DNA of 64,000 bases from Candidatus Latescibacterota bacterium (GTDB lineage Bacteria; Latescibacterota; UBA2968; UBA8231), in contig OZ253462.1 of assembly GCA_965261395.1 (NCBI GenBank), positions 1,792,001 through 1,856,000 on the forward strand, read 5' to 3'. Position numbers and translations under genes: made by a program. This document shows positions 37,910 to 47,388 of the stretch, in pieces. The notes beneath the pieces are model-generated. The model saw only the letters and a program-made list of their open reading frames with translations. It ran no database searches and was not told where the DNA came from. Position 1 is the first letter of the stretch, and each line of letters opens with the position of its first letter.

Positions 37910-38932
37910 TTAAGCCACACATAAAAAATCATTCCCCTCTAGCAGCCCCAATCCATCCAACGCCTCCCGAATCAGCGCCCGTGCCCCCCGCGACGCCACG
38001 GCCGCCAATAGAATCGGGCGCTCGTGGCGCGTCCACCAAGCCGGTAAGTCATCCGGTCCGATCACGGGCTTGCGCCGCAAGGTGCCGCCGATTTTCTTGG
38101 GCGCAATATCGACAAACACATCGGGCGCGCGACCTTCGCGCTCCAAATGCTTGGCGAGCCGACGGCCGGTCTTGCCCGCGCCCCAGACGGCTAGCCCATC
38201 CCGCTTTTGCAGTGGCCCAGCGCAAAGATAATGCGCTTTGGTGCGGAGGAAATTCTCCACCGAGTAGCGGCCCTGCACGTGGGTGGCCCGCCGTGGATGC
38301 TCGCGCCAGTAGTGCAAGACCTCCGGCACCTTGGCAAAGCGCCGGCCCGCCGCCCGATAGCGCAACCACAGATCGTAGTCTTCCGGCCATCCCCGATCTT
38401 GGTAGCCCCCCAAGGCCACCAACTCCTCGCGGCGCATCATGGCCGACGGATTGGCGATGGGACTCTCGACGAAAAACTCCCGCTCAATCGCCGCGCTATC
38501 CACCAAGCCGTTCAACCAAGCCTCGTACACCAACATCCCCTCCCCGGTCTCCTCGCGCGGAAAGATCTCCACCAAGCAACTCACTACGCTCAAGCCAAGA
38601 TCTCCTTCCAACCACGCGACTTGTTTTTCCAAGCGTTCGGGGTGCATCCGGTCGTCGGCGTCCATGCGCGCCACGTACGCACCCCGACACAAGGCCAAAC
38701 CTCGGTTAGGGGCCTCGACAATGCCTTGGTGGTCGGCGAGCAAAACTCTAAAGCGGGGATCGCAGCGGCACCATTCCAAGAGCAGGTCCCCGCTCTCGTC
38801 CTCCGAGCCGTCGTCTATGGCCACGACCTCAAAATCTTCGCAGCTCTGCGCTTGGATGCTCTCCAAGGTTTCCGCCAGTGTGGCGGCGGCGTTGAACACG
38901 GGTAGTAGTATCGATACGCGGGGCGCTTTCAT
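37910..38932 (-). CDS. Glycosyltransferase family 2
   Basis: VSILLPVFN, IDDGSED, RMDADD, EDYDLWLR. Confidence 0.9.
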   Translation of the reverse strand: MKAPRVSILLPVFNAAATLAETLESIQAQSCEDFEVVAIDDGSEDESGDLLLEWCRCDPRFRVLLADHQGIVEAPNRGLALCRGAYVARMDADDRMHPERLEKQVAWLEGDLGLSVVSCLVEIFPREETGEGMLVYEAWLNGLVDSAAIEREFFVESPIANPSAMMRREELVALGGYQDRGWPEDYDLWLRYRAAGRRFAKVPEVLHYWREHPRRATHVQGRYSVENFLRTKAHYLCAGPLQKRDGLAVWGAGKTGRRLAKHLEREGRAPDVFVDIAPKKIGGTLRRKPVIGPDDLPAWWTRHERPILLAAVASRGARALIREALDGLGLLEGNDFLCVA

Positions 38933-39014
38933 GGTCGTTAACTAGTTACATTTTCATGGTTGATAGGCATGAAAGCTTGACATTTTTCCGCTCAATGCCC
39001 GATTTTTAATCTCT

Positions 39015-39776
39015 ATGATATATCTCAAATCAGCCTTGGAAATCGACCGCATCCGCGCCAGTTGCCGCATTGCCGCCGAAGCCATGCTCCGCGTCGAAGA
39101 GGTCCTCGCGCCCGGGGTTACCACCCTCCACCTCGACCAAATAGCCGACCGCTACATCCGCAGCCAAGGGGCGGTTGCCAGTGCCTTGGGCTATCGTGGC
39201 TTTCCCCGCAGCATCTGCGTCTCCGTCAACGACGAAGTCGTCCACGGCATCCCCGGCGACCGCGTCCTGCAAGAAGGGGACATCCTCGCCGTTGACATTG
39301 CCGTTAAAAAGGATGGCTTTCACGGCGACATGAACGTCACTATGAAAGCCGGTTGTGTGGCCCCCAAAGCCCAGCACCTGCTCGACGTTACGCACCATAG
39401 CTTGGAGGAGGGGTTGGCCGCCTGCAGGCCCGGGCGACGCCTCGGCGACATTGGCCACGCCATCCAAAGCTATGTCGAAGCGCGCGGTTTTTCCATCGTG
39501 CGCGCGTACTGCGGCCACGGCATTGGCCGCAACTTCCACGAGGAACCCCAGTTGCTCCACTACGGCAAGGCCGGCACGGGCCGCCGCCTGCAAAACGGCA
39601 TGGTCTTCACCATCGAGCCGATGGTCAATGAGGGCGAACACGAAACGCGCGTGCTCGACGACGACTGGACGGCCGTCACAGCCGACGGCAAGCTCTCGGC
39701 TCAATACGAGCACACCGTGGCCATCACCAACGACGGGCCGGATGTGCTGTCGCGCTTTGCCGATCTGCCGTACTGA
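39015..39776 (+). CDS. map: Methionine aminopeptidase type I
   Basis: SVNDEVVHGIP, GHGIG, FTIEPM, SAQYEHT. Confidence 0.96.
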   Translation: MIYLKSALEIDRIRASCRIAAEAMLRVEEVLAPGVTTLHLDQIADRYIRSQGAVASALGYRGFPRSICVSVNDEVVHGIPGDRVLQEGDILAVDIAVKKDGFHGDMNVTMKAGCVAPKAQHLLDVTHHSLEEGLAACRPGRRLGDIGHAIQSYVEARGFSIVRAYCGHGIGRNFHEEPQLLHYGKAGTGRRLQNGMVFTIEPMVNEGEHETRVLDDDWTAVTADGKLSAQYEHTVAITNDGPDVLSRFADLPY

Positions 39777-39833
39777 ACTTGCTCAGCGGCGACATTTTCT
39801 TATTTTTTAAGTTCATTTCACAAGGAGAACAGC

Positions 39834-40127
39834 ATGGCAAGGCCGAAAAAAGTCCAATCCAACAGCGACGACGACAACGCTGAATTTTCGTTTGACCCTG
39901 GCACGCAGATCGAGCTAGAGATGGAAGACACCTGCTGCGTCACTGGCGAACCAGTCGAATTCAGCTTTTGTCGCTTCCCCGACTACAAAAGCGGCACGCT
40001 GATGGTCATGTCCAAAAGCGAGATGCTCAAGCACATGCGCGCCGGCGACTCCATCGCCAAATTCAAAGAAGTGCTGGTCAAGCGCCACGGCAAGAAAGTC
40101 TTAGCGGAGCACTACTCGAACTACTAG
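39834..40127 (+). CDS. Small hypothetical protein
   Basis: SD AAGGAG, 97 aa, followed by a terminator. Confidence 0.75.
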   Translation: MARPKKVQSNSDDDNAEFSFDPGTQIELEMEDTCCVTGEPVEFSFCRFPDYKSGTLMVMSKSEMLKHMRAGDSIAKFKEVLVKRHGKKVLAEHYSNY

Positions 40128-40150
40128 GCAACGCGCAATACCTACATGCA

Positions 40151-40188
40151 AAGAAGGGATGGTCCCACTGCGGACCATCCCTTCTTTT
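40151..40188. terminator. Bidirectional intrinsic terminator
   Basis: AAGAAGGGATGGTCC-loop-GGACCATCCCTTCTTTT between convergent genes. Confidence 0.8.
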
Positions 40189-40204
40189 GTTCTATACCGA
40201 CGCC

Positions 40205-40762
40205 CTAAGAGCGAGCCAACAGGGTCTCGATATCCTCGCCGAATACCCCACGGGGATTGAGCCGGCCGCTCCTGTCGCGTGGCACACCTACATGCGTCTT
40301 GTACACGCGGCCTTGGCGATCAAAAACAAAGGTGAGCGGCACGCCTACCCTCGCCAAGTTTTCTTTGTAGAAGGCGCGGAGTAGCTCGTGTTGGCTATCG
40401 TGCACCACCGGGTAGTTGATGGCCAAGCGCTCGACGAACTCGCCTATTAGAGGCAAGACGCGCTCGGTGGGGCCTTGATCTAGGGAAATGCCAATGATTG
40501 CCACCTGCTCGGGGTCGTACTCGTTGCTCATCTCGACTAAGGCTGGGATCTCGTAGCGGCACGGGCCGCACCAAGTCGCCCAGAAGTTGATCAGGACGAC
40601 CTTGCCCTCGTAATCGCGCAAATCCACGCTCTGGCCCTGATAGTCGTTCCACTTAGCAGACTGCGGAGGGAAGAGCTTGTCTCCTTGCGGCTCGGATGGG
40701 GCACAGCCCAGTGCTAGGAGTGCCAACCCGTTCACAAGCCCTTTGATAGCCATTGCGCGCAT
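40205..40762 (-). CDS. TlpA/ResA-family thioredoxin-like lipoprotein
   Basis: Lipobox-like LALGC, INFWATWCGPC, GVPLTFVFD. Confidence 0.9.
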   Translation of the reverse strand: MRAMAIKGLVNGLALLALGCAPSEPQGDKLFPPQSAKWNDYQGQSVDLRDYEGKVVLINFWATWCGPCRYEIPALVEMSNEYDPEQVAIIGISLDQGPTERVLPLIGEFVERLAINYPVVHDSQHELLRAFYKENLARVGVPLTFVFDRQGRVYKTHVGVPRDRSGRLNPRGVFGEDIETLLARS

Positions 40763-40775
40763 AATACGTCCTGTA

Positions 40776-43700
40776 TTAACTGGAATGGCGGAAGCCCACG
40801 GGTGCTTGTACCTTGGGCGTCAGCCGGGTGGATCGGGGGCCGATTAATTCCTCAATGCCGCGCAGCAAATCGTCGCAGGGATCGACGCGAATCGTCTTCG
40901 AGCGCACCATTTTGTCCTGCTCGTCGCCGTTTTTGAGCTGGAGCCATAGCTCGCAATCGCCCATGTGGCGCTCGCAGAGGTGGCGCAGCCGGCTGAGAAG
41001 GGGGTCGCCCGCTTTCTGGTAGGACAGGGACAGGGTGACGGACTTGGTCAGTTCCGCCCGCGCCGATTTGAGGGGCAGGGCGCGGTCGGCCTGTAAACTC
41101 AGGCGTCCGTTGCGCTCGCAAACGCGGCCCTCTACGAGGATGGTTTCGCCTTCCACGAGTAGCTGTTGGTGGTTGGCGAAGGCTTCGGCGAAAAACGCGA
41201 TATCACCCGTGCCTTTGAGGTCTTTGAGCGTGACAAAGGCAAAGGGATTGCCGCGGCGGTCGAAGAGCTTGCGCACCTCCTCGACTAGGCCGCCTACCCG
41301 CAGCGGCGCGCCGTTGTGCTGCCCGTCTATCTCGCTTAGGGGTCGCGCGAAGTTTTTTAAGTCGCGAGCGTAGGGCTTGAGCGGATGGCTAGAGATATAG
41401 AAGCCTAATAGGTCGCGTTCCTTGGCCAGCTTCTCGAGCTCGGACCACTCCTCGACATTGGGCAAGTCCTGTACCACCAGTTCGGACGAGCCGCCGCCGT
41501 CGAAGAGGCTGATCTGCCCTTTCTCGCGGGCTTCATGGGCCTTGCCCGCGGCCTTTAATGCCAGTTCTAGCGCCTCCATTTTCTGCGCGCGATGGCCTTC
41601 GAGGCCGTCCAATGCCCCAGCAGCAATCAGACTCTCGACCACGCGCCGGTTGACTGCGCGCAAGTCGATGCGCTCGCAGAACTCGAAGAGGGTGGTAAAA
41701 GGTCCGTCGGCAATCCGCGTATCGACCGTGCTCTGCGCCGCGCCCTCGCCGACGTTCTTGATCGCCGCCAAGCCATAGCGTATGCCCTCGTCAGTCGGCG
41801 TGAAGTTGAGCGTACTCTGGTTGATGTCCGGCGGCAGGACCCGGATACCTATGCGGCGGCATTCGTCGAGCAAGACGGTCAGCCGGTCGGTGTTGCCGCG
41901 CTCAATGGTCAGGCTGGCGGCCATGTACTCTTGGGGATAATTGGCCTTGAGGTACGCGTTTTTGTACGCGCCCTCGGCATAGCAGGCCGCGTGCGCCTTG
42001 TTGAAGCCATAGCCGGCAAAAATCTCGATCTCGCCGAACAGCTTGTTGGCCAATGTCTTTTCCACCTCGTGTGCGACGCAGCCGCCGACGAAGTCTTTTT
42101 TGACCTTGGCCATTTCCTCGGGCTTTTTCTTGCCCATTGCCTTGCGCAAAATATCGGCTTGGCCAAGAGTGAAACCGGCCAACTCTTGGGCAATGCGCAT
42201 GACCTGCTCCTGATAGACCATAACCCCATAGGTTGGCTCCAAAATCGACTCTAACTTGGGGTGGTCGTAGGCAACGGCCTCTTCGCCGTGCTTGCGGGCG
42301 ATGAAGGTCGGGATATTGTCCATCGGCCCTGGGCGGTACAGGGCATTCATGGCGATAATGTCTTCGATGGTGTCCGGCTTGAACTTGCTCAGATATTCGC
42401 GCATCCCCGCGGATTCAAACTGGAAAACGCCGATCGTCTCGCCGCGGCCGAACAAGTCGAAAGTGGCCCGGTCGTCCCACGGAATGACTTCCAAATCAAA
42501 GTCCGGCTCCTTGAGTTGAATCAGCCGCACGGCCTCATCGACCAGCGATAGCTCCTTCAAGCCCAAGATGTCAATCTTCAGCAAGCCGATGTCCATGCAG
42601 GTCTCGCCGACGAACTGGGTGGTTATCCTCCCGTCTTTGGGGGCGCGATAGAGCGGCACATAGTCGGTCAGTTCGCCGGGGGCGATAATGACAGCGCAGG
42701 CGTGGACCGAGGAGTGGCGCGCCATGCCTTCCAGCTTGCGGGCGTATTCGACCAGCTTGCCCTCGTTGCCAGACGCTTGGGCTATCTGCTGTAGCTCGGG
42801 CACCCGCTCGATGGCCTTGTCGAGGGTGATTTTCAGTTCGGTCGGCACCAGCTTGGCGATGCGAGCCACCTCGCCAATGGGCATACCCAAAACCCGCCCG
42901 ACATCGCGCACTACCGCTTTAGCCCCCATAGTCCCAAACGTGATGACCTGCGAGACGTTGTCCTTGCCGTACTTATCCACCACATAGCGCAGCACTTCGT
43001 CGCGCCGAGTGTCGTCAAAGTCGATGTCGATATCGGGCGGCTCAATGCGCTCGGGATTGAGGAAGCGCTCAAAGATTAGGTCGTACTTGATGGGATCTAC
43101 ATTGGTAATGCCGAGGCAATACGAGGCCAAGCAGCCAGCGGCTGAGCCGCGCCCCGGCCCCACGGAAATGCCCTCCTGGCGGGCGTAGCTGACGAGATCC
43201 CAGACGATGAGGAAATAGCCGGAAAAATCCTGGCTGGTGATGATGCTTAGCTCGTAGTCGAGCCGCTCCTGCACGGCCGGATCGACCGTGCCGTAGCGCT
43301 GCTCCAAACCCTCCTGCGCCAGTTGAGTCAGATAGTCGTCGCTAGAAGCGTAGCCAGCCGGGATCGGAAAATCCGGCATATAGGTTTTCCCGAACTCAAG
43401 CTCGACGTTGCATTTGTCGGCAATTTCGAGGGTCCGCTCCAGCGCGTCCGGCAAATCCGCAAACAGCGCCTGCATTTCTTCGGGACTCTTCATGTAGAGT
43501 CCGTCGGGATAGCACAGGCGATTTTTCTCGTCAACCGTCTTGCCGGTCTGAATGCAGATCAGGGCGTCGTGGGCATCGTGGTCGGTGGCGCGGAGGAAGT
43601 GGAAGTCGTTGGTGGCCACCAGCGGCACTCCCAGCTTGCGGTGCAGCTTGAGCAGGCCGTCGTTCACCTTGGCTTCGGGATCAATGTCGTGGCGCTGGAT

Positions 43701-44231
43701 CTCCAAGTAGTAGTCGTCGCCAAAGATATCCATAAATTCGCGGGCGACCGTTTCGGCTGCGGCTAGCCCTTCGCGCTGGATCAGATGCGGAATCTCGCCG
43801 CCGATGCAGGCCGACATGCATATTAGGCCCTCGGCGTGTTCGCGCAAAAGCTCCTTGTCTATGCGGGGATTGTAGTAGTAGCCTTCGAGATAGCCCTTGG
43901 AGACGAGCTTGGTCAGATTGCGGTAGCCGGTGGTGTCTTTGGCCAGCAAAATCAGGTGGTTGGAGGCGTGGGTTAGACCGCGAGCGGCCTGGCGCAAGTG
44001 GCGGCTATCAATCGCCACATAAACTTCGCAGCCGATGATGGGCTTAATACCAGCGGCTTGGCAGGTCTTGTAGTGCTCGATGACGCCGAAGAGGTTGCCG
44101 TGATCTGTGAGAGCTAAGGCAGGCATCCCCTGCTCGGCCGCCAACTCGGCCATCTCGCTAACCCGGCACCCTCCATCGAGCAGACTGTATTCGCTGTGAC
44201 CGTGTAAATGGACGAAATCAGCCGAAGCCAT
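40776..44231 (-). CDS. dnaE: DNA polymerase III alpha subunit
   Basis: PHP HLHGHSEYSLLDG, GRGSAAG, FERFLNPER, PDIDIDF, YGFNKAH. Confidence 0.97.
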   Translation of the reverse strand: MASADFVHLHGHSEYSLLDGGCRVSEMAELAAEQGMPALALTDHGNLFGVIEHYKTCQAAGIKPIIGCEVYVAIDSRHLRQAARGLTHASNHLILLAKDTTGYRNLTKLVSKGYLEGYYYNPRIDKELLREHAEGLICMSACIGGEIPHLIQREGLAAAETVAREFMDIFGDDYYLEIQRHDIDPEAKVNDGLLKLHRKLGVPLVATNDFHFLRATDHDAHDALICIQTGKTVDEKNRLCYPDGLYMKSPEEMQALFADLPDALERTLEIADKCNVELEFGKTYMPDFPIPAGYASSDDYLTQLAQEGLEQRYGTVDPAVQERLDYELSIITSQDFSGYFLIVWDLVSYARQEGISVGPGRGSAAGCLASYCLGITNVDPIKYDLIFERFLNPERIEPPDIDIDFDDTRRDEVLRYVVDKYGKDNVSQVITFGTMGAKAVVRDVGRVLGMPIGEVARIAKLVPTELKITLDKAIERVPELQQIAQASGNEGKLVEYARKLEGMARHSSVHACAVIIAPGELTDYVPLYRAPKDGRITTQFVGETCMDIGLLKIDILGLKELSLVDEAVRLIQLKEPDFDLEVIPWDDRATFDLFGRGETIGVFQFESAGMREYLSKFKPDTIEDIIAMNALYRPGPMDNIPTFIARKHGEEAVAYDHPKLESILEPTYGVMVYQEQVMRIAQELAGFTLGQADILRKAMGKKKPEEMAKVKKDFVGGCVAHEVEKTLANKLFGEIEIFAGYGFNKAHAACYAEGAYKNAYLKANYPQEYMAASLTIERGNTDRLTVLLDECRRIGIRVLPPDINQSTLNFTPTDEGIRYGLAAIKNVGEGAAQSTVDTRIADGPFTTLFEFCERIDLRAVNRRVVESLIAAGALDGLEGHRAQKMEALELALKAAGKAHEAREKGQISLFDGGGSSELVVQDLPNVEEWSELEKLAKERDLLGFYISSHPLKPYARDLKNFARPLSEIDGQHNGAPLRVGGLVEEVRKLFDRRGNPFAFVTLKDLKGTGDIAFFAEAFANHQQLLVEGETILVEGRVCERNGRLSLQADRALPLKSARAELTKSVTLSLSYQKAGDPLLSRLRHLCERHMGDCELWLQLKNGDEQDKMVRSKTIRVDPCDDLLRGIEELIGPRSTRLTPKVQAPVGFRHSS

Positions 44232-44318
44232 GACACCTCCGCTACCTGTATGCGCTAGAAAAAAATCTGGACACTACGACTGGCCAAACTGCCTGGGGAA
44301 GGGCATCGCCTCGGGTGA

Positions 44319-44347
44319 AACATAGCCAATTCAAAAGGGGATGTCAA
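44319..44347 (-). promoter_or_regulatory. Putative sigma70 promoter for dnaE
   Basis: TTGACA-17 nt-TATGTT on the minus strand. Confidence 0.6.
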
Positions 44348-44363
44348 CGGCTCACAGAGGGAA

Positions 44364-44410
44364 TTATTTTTTCATAATATGTTATTATTATTTCATTTAT
44401 GAAAAAATAA
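44364..44410. repeat. Perfect 14-bp AT-rich inverted repeat
   Basis: TTATTTTTTCATAA-19 nt-TTATGAAAAAATAA. Confidence 0.75.
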
Positions 44411-44516
44411 ATTTGTTGTACACCGCTGACAAAAAAGACCGTATCCGCCCGCACCGCGAACTTGTCGCTGGCAGCAGATCGGTCTATCTTTGGTTTTTTT
44501 CAAGGAGGTATATCTA

Positions 44517-44765
44517 ATGATCGACAAAGAACTGTTGGCGATTCTCGCCTGTCCCGAGACTAAGGAGCCGGTCGCTCTCGCCGAGGAAGAACTCATCGCC
44601 GAGCTCAACAGCCGCATCGCGCGCGGGGAAGTCAAAAATCGGGCTGGCAAGACCATCGAAGGCAAAATTGACGGCGGGCTGGTGCGCGCAGATGGCGCGT
44701 ACCTCTATCCGATACAGGACGAAATCCCCATCCTGCTCCTCGACGAGGCCATTCCACTACGCTAG
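44517..44765 (+). CDS. Trm112-like (YcaR) family protein
   Basis: MIDKELLAILACPETK...YPIQDEIPILLLDEAI. SD AAGGAGG. Confidence 0.88.
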   Translation: MIDKELLAILACPETKEPVALAEEELIAELNSRIARGEVKNRAGKTIEGKIDGGLVRADGAYLYPIQDEIPILLLDEAIPLR

Positions 44766-44785
44766 CGCCTGCGCCGCGCTCAAAT

Positions 44786-44818
44786 AAAAAAGGGACTGTA
44801 CGATTGTACAGTCCCTTT
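44786..44818. terminator. Bidirectional intrinsic terminator
   Basis: AAAGGGACTGTAC-gatt-GTACAGTCCCTTT. Confidence 0.8.
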
Positions 44819-44834
44819 GCTAACTTACACATTA

Positions 44835-44919
44835 TGGTGCCGAAGCGGGGATTCGAACCCCGACGCCCTAAGGCACTGCCCCCTCAAGACAGCGTGTCTA
44901 CCAATTTCACCACTTCGGC
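44835..44919 (-). tRNA. tRNA-Leu(GAG)
   Basis: Reverse complement GCCGAAGTGGTGAAATTGGTAGACACG-CTGTC-TT-GAG-GG-GGCAG...TTCGGCACCA with a long variable arm. Lies downstream of secG as usual. Confidence 0.93.
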
Positions 44920-44939
44920 ACAAAAACTAGGCTGGCCTG

Positions 44940-45332
44940 CTACTGAGCTTCGGCCGGTGGCTCCTCAGCGGTTCCGGCCTCAGCCGGCTTTTCCTCCTCG
45001 CCTAGCAGGTGCTCTGCCTCCGGGATGGCGGGCACCGCTGCCGGCACCTGTTCCTCGGCCATCGTCCGTTGCGTTGCCGTCGTCGGGGTGGTCTCGGCCG
45101 TCTGAAAGGCCACCGACTGCACTAAACAGCTAAGCATAAAGGCCGTGGCCAGAATGGTCGTGGCCTTAGTCAGAAACGTGGCTGCGGTGCGACCGCCCAA
45201 CACTGAGGAAGAGGCTAAGCCACCGCCGATCGATCCGGCCAAGCCGCCCCCCTTGCCCGCCTGCAAGAGCACGGTCACGACTAGGAGCAAGCAAATCAGC
45301 ACGTGAAAAATCGTAAATAGAATCTCAAACAT
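44940..45332 (-). CDS. secG: Preprotein translocase subunit SecG
   Basis: VLLQAGKGGGL...FLTKAT, tpi-secG-tRNA-Leu synteny. Confidence 0.92.
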   Translation of the reverse strand: MFEILFTIFHVLICLLLVVTVLLQAGKGGGLAGSIGGGLASSSVLGGRTAATFLTKATTILATAFMLSCLVQSVAFQTAETTPTTATQRTMAEEQVPAAVPAIPEAEHLLGEEEKPAEAGTAEEPPAEAQ

Positions 45333-45428
45333 AGTCTTATGATGGTTCCCAAGTATAGGAATTGCGAATTGCGAATTAGCACCGCCTCAACTCGTAATTC
45401 CCAATTAGTAATAGGAATAAATTTAAGG

Positions 45429-46181
45429 TTAAAGGGCGGCCTTCACAATAGCGGCAAACTGCCCGGCGTCTAGCGCGGCACCGCCGATCAAGCCCCCGTC
45501 GATGTTGTCTTGGGCAAAGAGCTCGGCGGCGTTTTCGGGTTTGACGCTGCCGCCGTACTGGATGCGCACCTCGTCGGCGTCGGCTTTTCCCAAGTGCCCA
45601 GCGAGGAAGTGGCGGATCATCGCATGGACCTCTTCGGCTTGCGCGGCCGTCGCCGTCACGCCCGTGCCAATCGCCCAAACCGGCTCGTACGCCCACAGTA
45701 CCGCGCTAGCGGCGCTCGCCTCAATCCCAGTTAGAGCACCTTCCACTTGGCCGAGGACGACCTCCTCAATTCGGCTGGCTTCGCGCTCTTGCAGGATCTC
45801 GCCGACGCAGACGATTGGGCAAAGGCCGGCTCGGAGGGCGCAGACTAGCTTGCGATTGACCTGCGAATCGTCCTCGCCGCAAAACTGCCTTCTCTCGGAG
45901 TGCCCTAGCAACACATAAGAGCAACCGGCCACCAAGAGCATGTCGGAGGATATTTCTCCGGTGAAAGCTCCCTGCCGCTCCCAGTGCATGTTCTGGGCCC
46001 CCAGTCCAATGGCGCTGTCGGCAAGGACCGTGCGCACGGGTTCCAAGCAGGTGAAGGGCGGGCAGACAACGACTTCTACGTCGAGTCCCGCGACGAGCGG
46101 CTTAATCCCTGCGACCAGCTCGACGGCCTCCGCAGCGGTCTTGTGCATCTTCCAGTTGCCAGCTACAATGGGTCGGCGCAT
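45429..46181 (-). CDS. tpiA: Triosephosphate isomerase
   Basis: AGNWKM, GHSERR, AYEPVWAIGTG, YGGSVKP. Confidence 0.97.
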   Translation of the reverse strand: MRRPIVAGNWKMHKTAAEAVELVAGIKPLVAGLDVEVVVCPPFTCLEPVRTVLADSAIGLGAQNMHWERQGAFTGEISSDMLLVAGCSYVLLGHSERRQFCGEDDSQVNRKLVCALRAGLCPIVCVGEILQEREASRIEEVVLGQVEGALTGIEASAASAVLWAYEPVWAIGTGVTATAAQAEEVHAMIRHFLAGHLGKADADEVRIQYGGSVKPENAAELFAQDNIDGGLIGGAALDAGQFAAIVKAAL

Positions 46182-46182
46182 T

Positions 46183-47384
46183 TCAGCTTTCCTCGTCGTC
46201 TAAGACCGCCACCCCGGGCAAGATCCGCCCACTCATGTACTCCAAGGAAGCTCCGCCCCCAGTGGAGATGTGAGTCACCGCCTGGGCCAAGCCGGCCTGG
46301 GCTACCGCCGCGGCCGTGTCCCCGCCGCCAATAATGCTCACGGCACCCTCGCGGGTGGCGGCCGCTAGGGCTTGGGCGACCTGTTGGGTACCCTGGGCAA
46401 AGGGCACCATCTCACAGACTCCGAGGGGGCCGTTCCACACTATGGTGCCCCCGCGAGCGATCTGGTCGGCATAGCGCTGCCGGGTCTGGGGCCGATGTCC
46501 ATGCCCTGCCAACCGCGTGGTATGGCGTCGCGGGCGACCACTTGCACTTGGACGTCGGCGGCAAAGCGGTCGGCGACCACGCAATCCACCGGAAGCTGGA
46601 GATCCAATCCACCCTTTTCGACTCGGGTCAATAGCTGTCGGGCTGTATCTAGGCGGTCCTCTTCGAGCAGCGAATCCCCGATCTCCAACCCCATAGCTTT
46701 GAAAAAGGTATAGGCCATACCACCGCCGATAAGCAGGGCGTCCACTCGGTCGAGCAAGTGCTCAATCAGCTCGATCTTGCCCGAGATCTTGGCCCCGCCC
46801 AAAACGGCGGTAAATGGCCGCTGCGGACAGCGCAGCGTCTCGTCGAGATAGGCAATTTCCCGCTCCATCAACAGGCCGCTGGCCCCCGCGCCCATACAGC
46901 GCGGCACCCCCTCAGTCGAGGCATGGGCCCGGTGCGCCGCCCCAAAGGCGTCGTTGACGTACGCATCGCCCAATTCGGCTAAGTGCTGCGCAAAAGTCCG
47001 CTCGTTTTGTTCCTCTTGCGGGTGGAAGCGCACATTCTCTAAGAGCAGGACCTGCCCCGGCTGCAAGGCCGCGGCTTGGGCTGCAACCTCGGTCCCCACG
47101 CAATCTGGGGCCATGCCCACCGCGCGTCCCAACAACTGGCTTAAGCGCTCGGCTACCGGGGCCAGCGATAGCGCGGGGACTCGTCGGCCACGGGGGCGAC
47201 CCAAGTGCGACATCAGAATTACGGACGCACCCTGCGCCAACAAGTGCTCAACCGTTGGCAGAGCGGCGCGAATCCGCGTGTCGTCGACGATTCGGCCAGC
47301 TTCGTCGAGCGGCACGTTGAAATCCACTCGCACGAGGACCCGCTTGCCAGCCACATCGAGCTCCCTGATGGTGCGCTTAGCCAT
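46183..47384 (-). pseudogene. pgk: Phosphoglycerate kinase with one frameshift (true pseudogene or sequencing error)
   Basis: VRVDFNVP...DIGP in one frame, [23 protein letters not shown]...STGGGASLE in another. One base missing at the G run 46488-46491. Confidence 0.85.
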
Positions 47385-47388
47385 GCGA

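Noticed and set aside
40776-44231. Intein in dnaE (also checked recD2)
   Set aside because: Lengths are normal and no splice-junction or homing endonuclease motifs were seen.
44350-44420. oriC or dif site
   Set aside because: No DnaA boxes noticed and no convincing XerC/XerD arm match.
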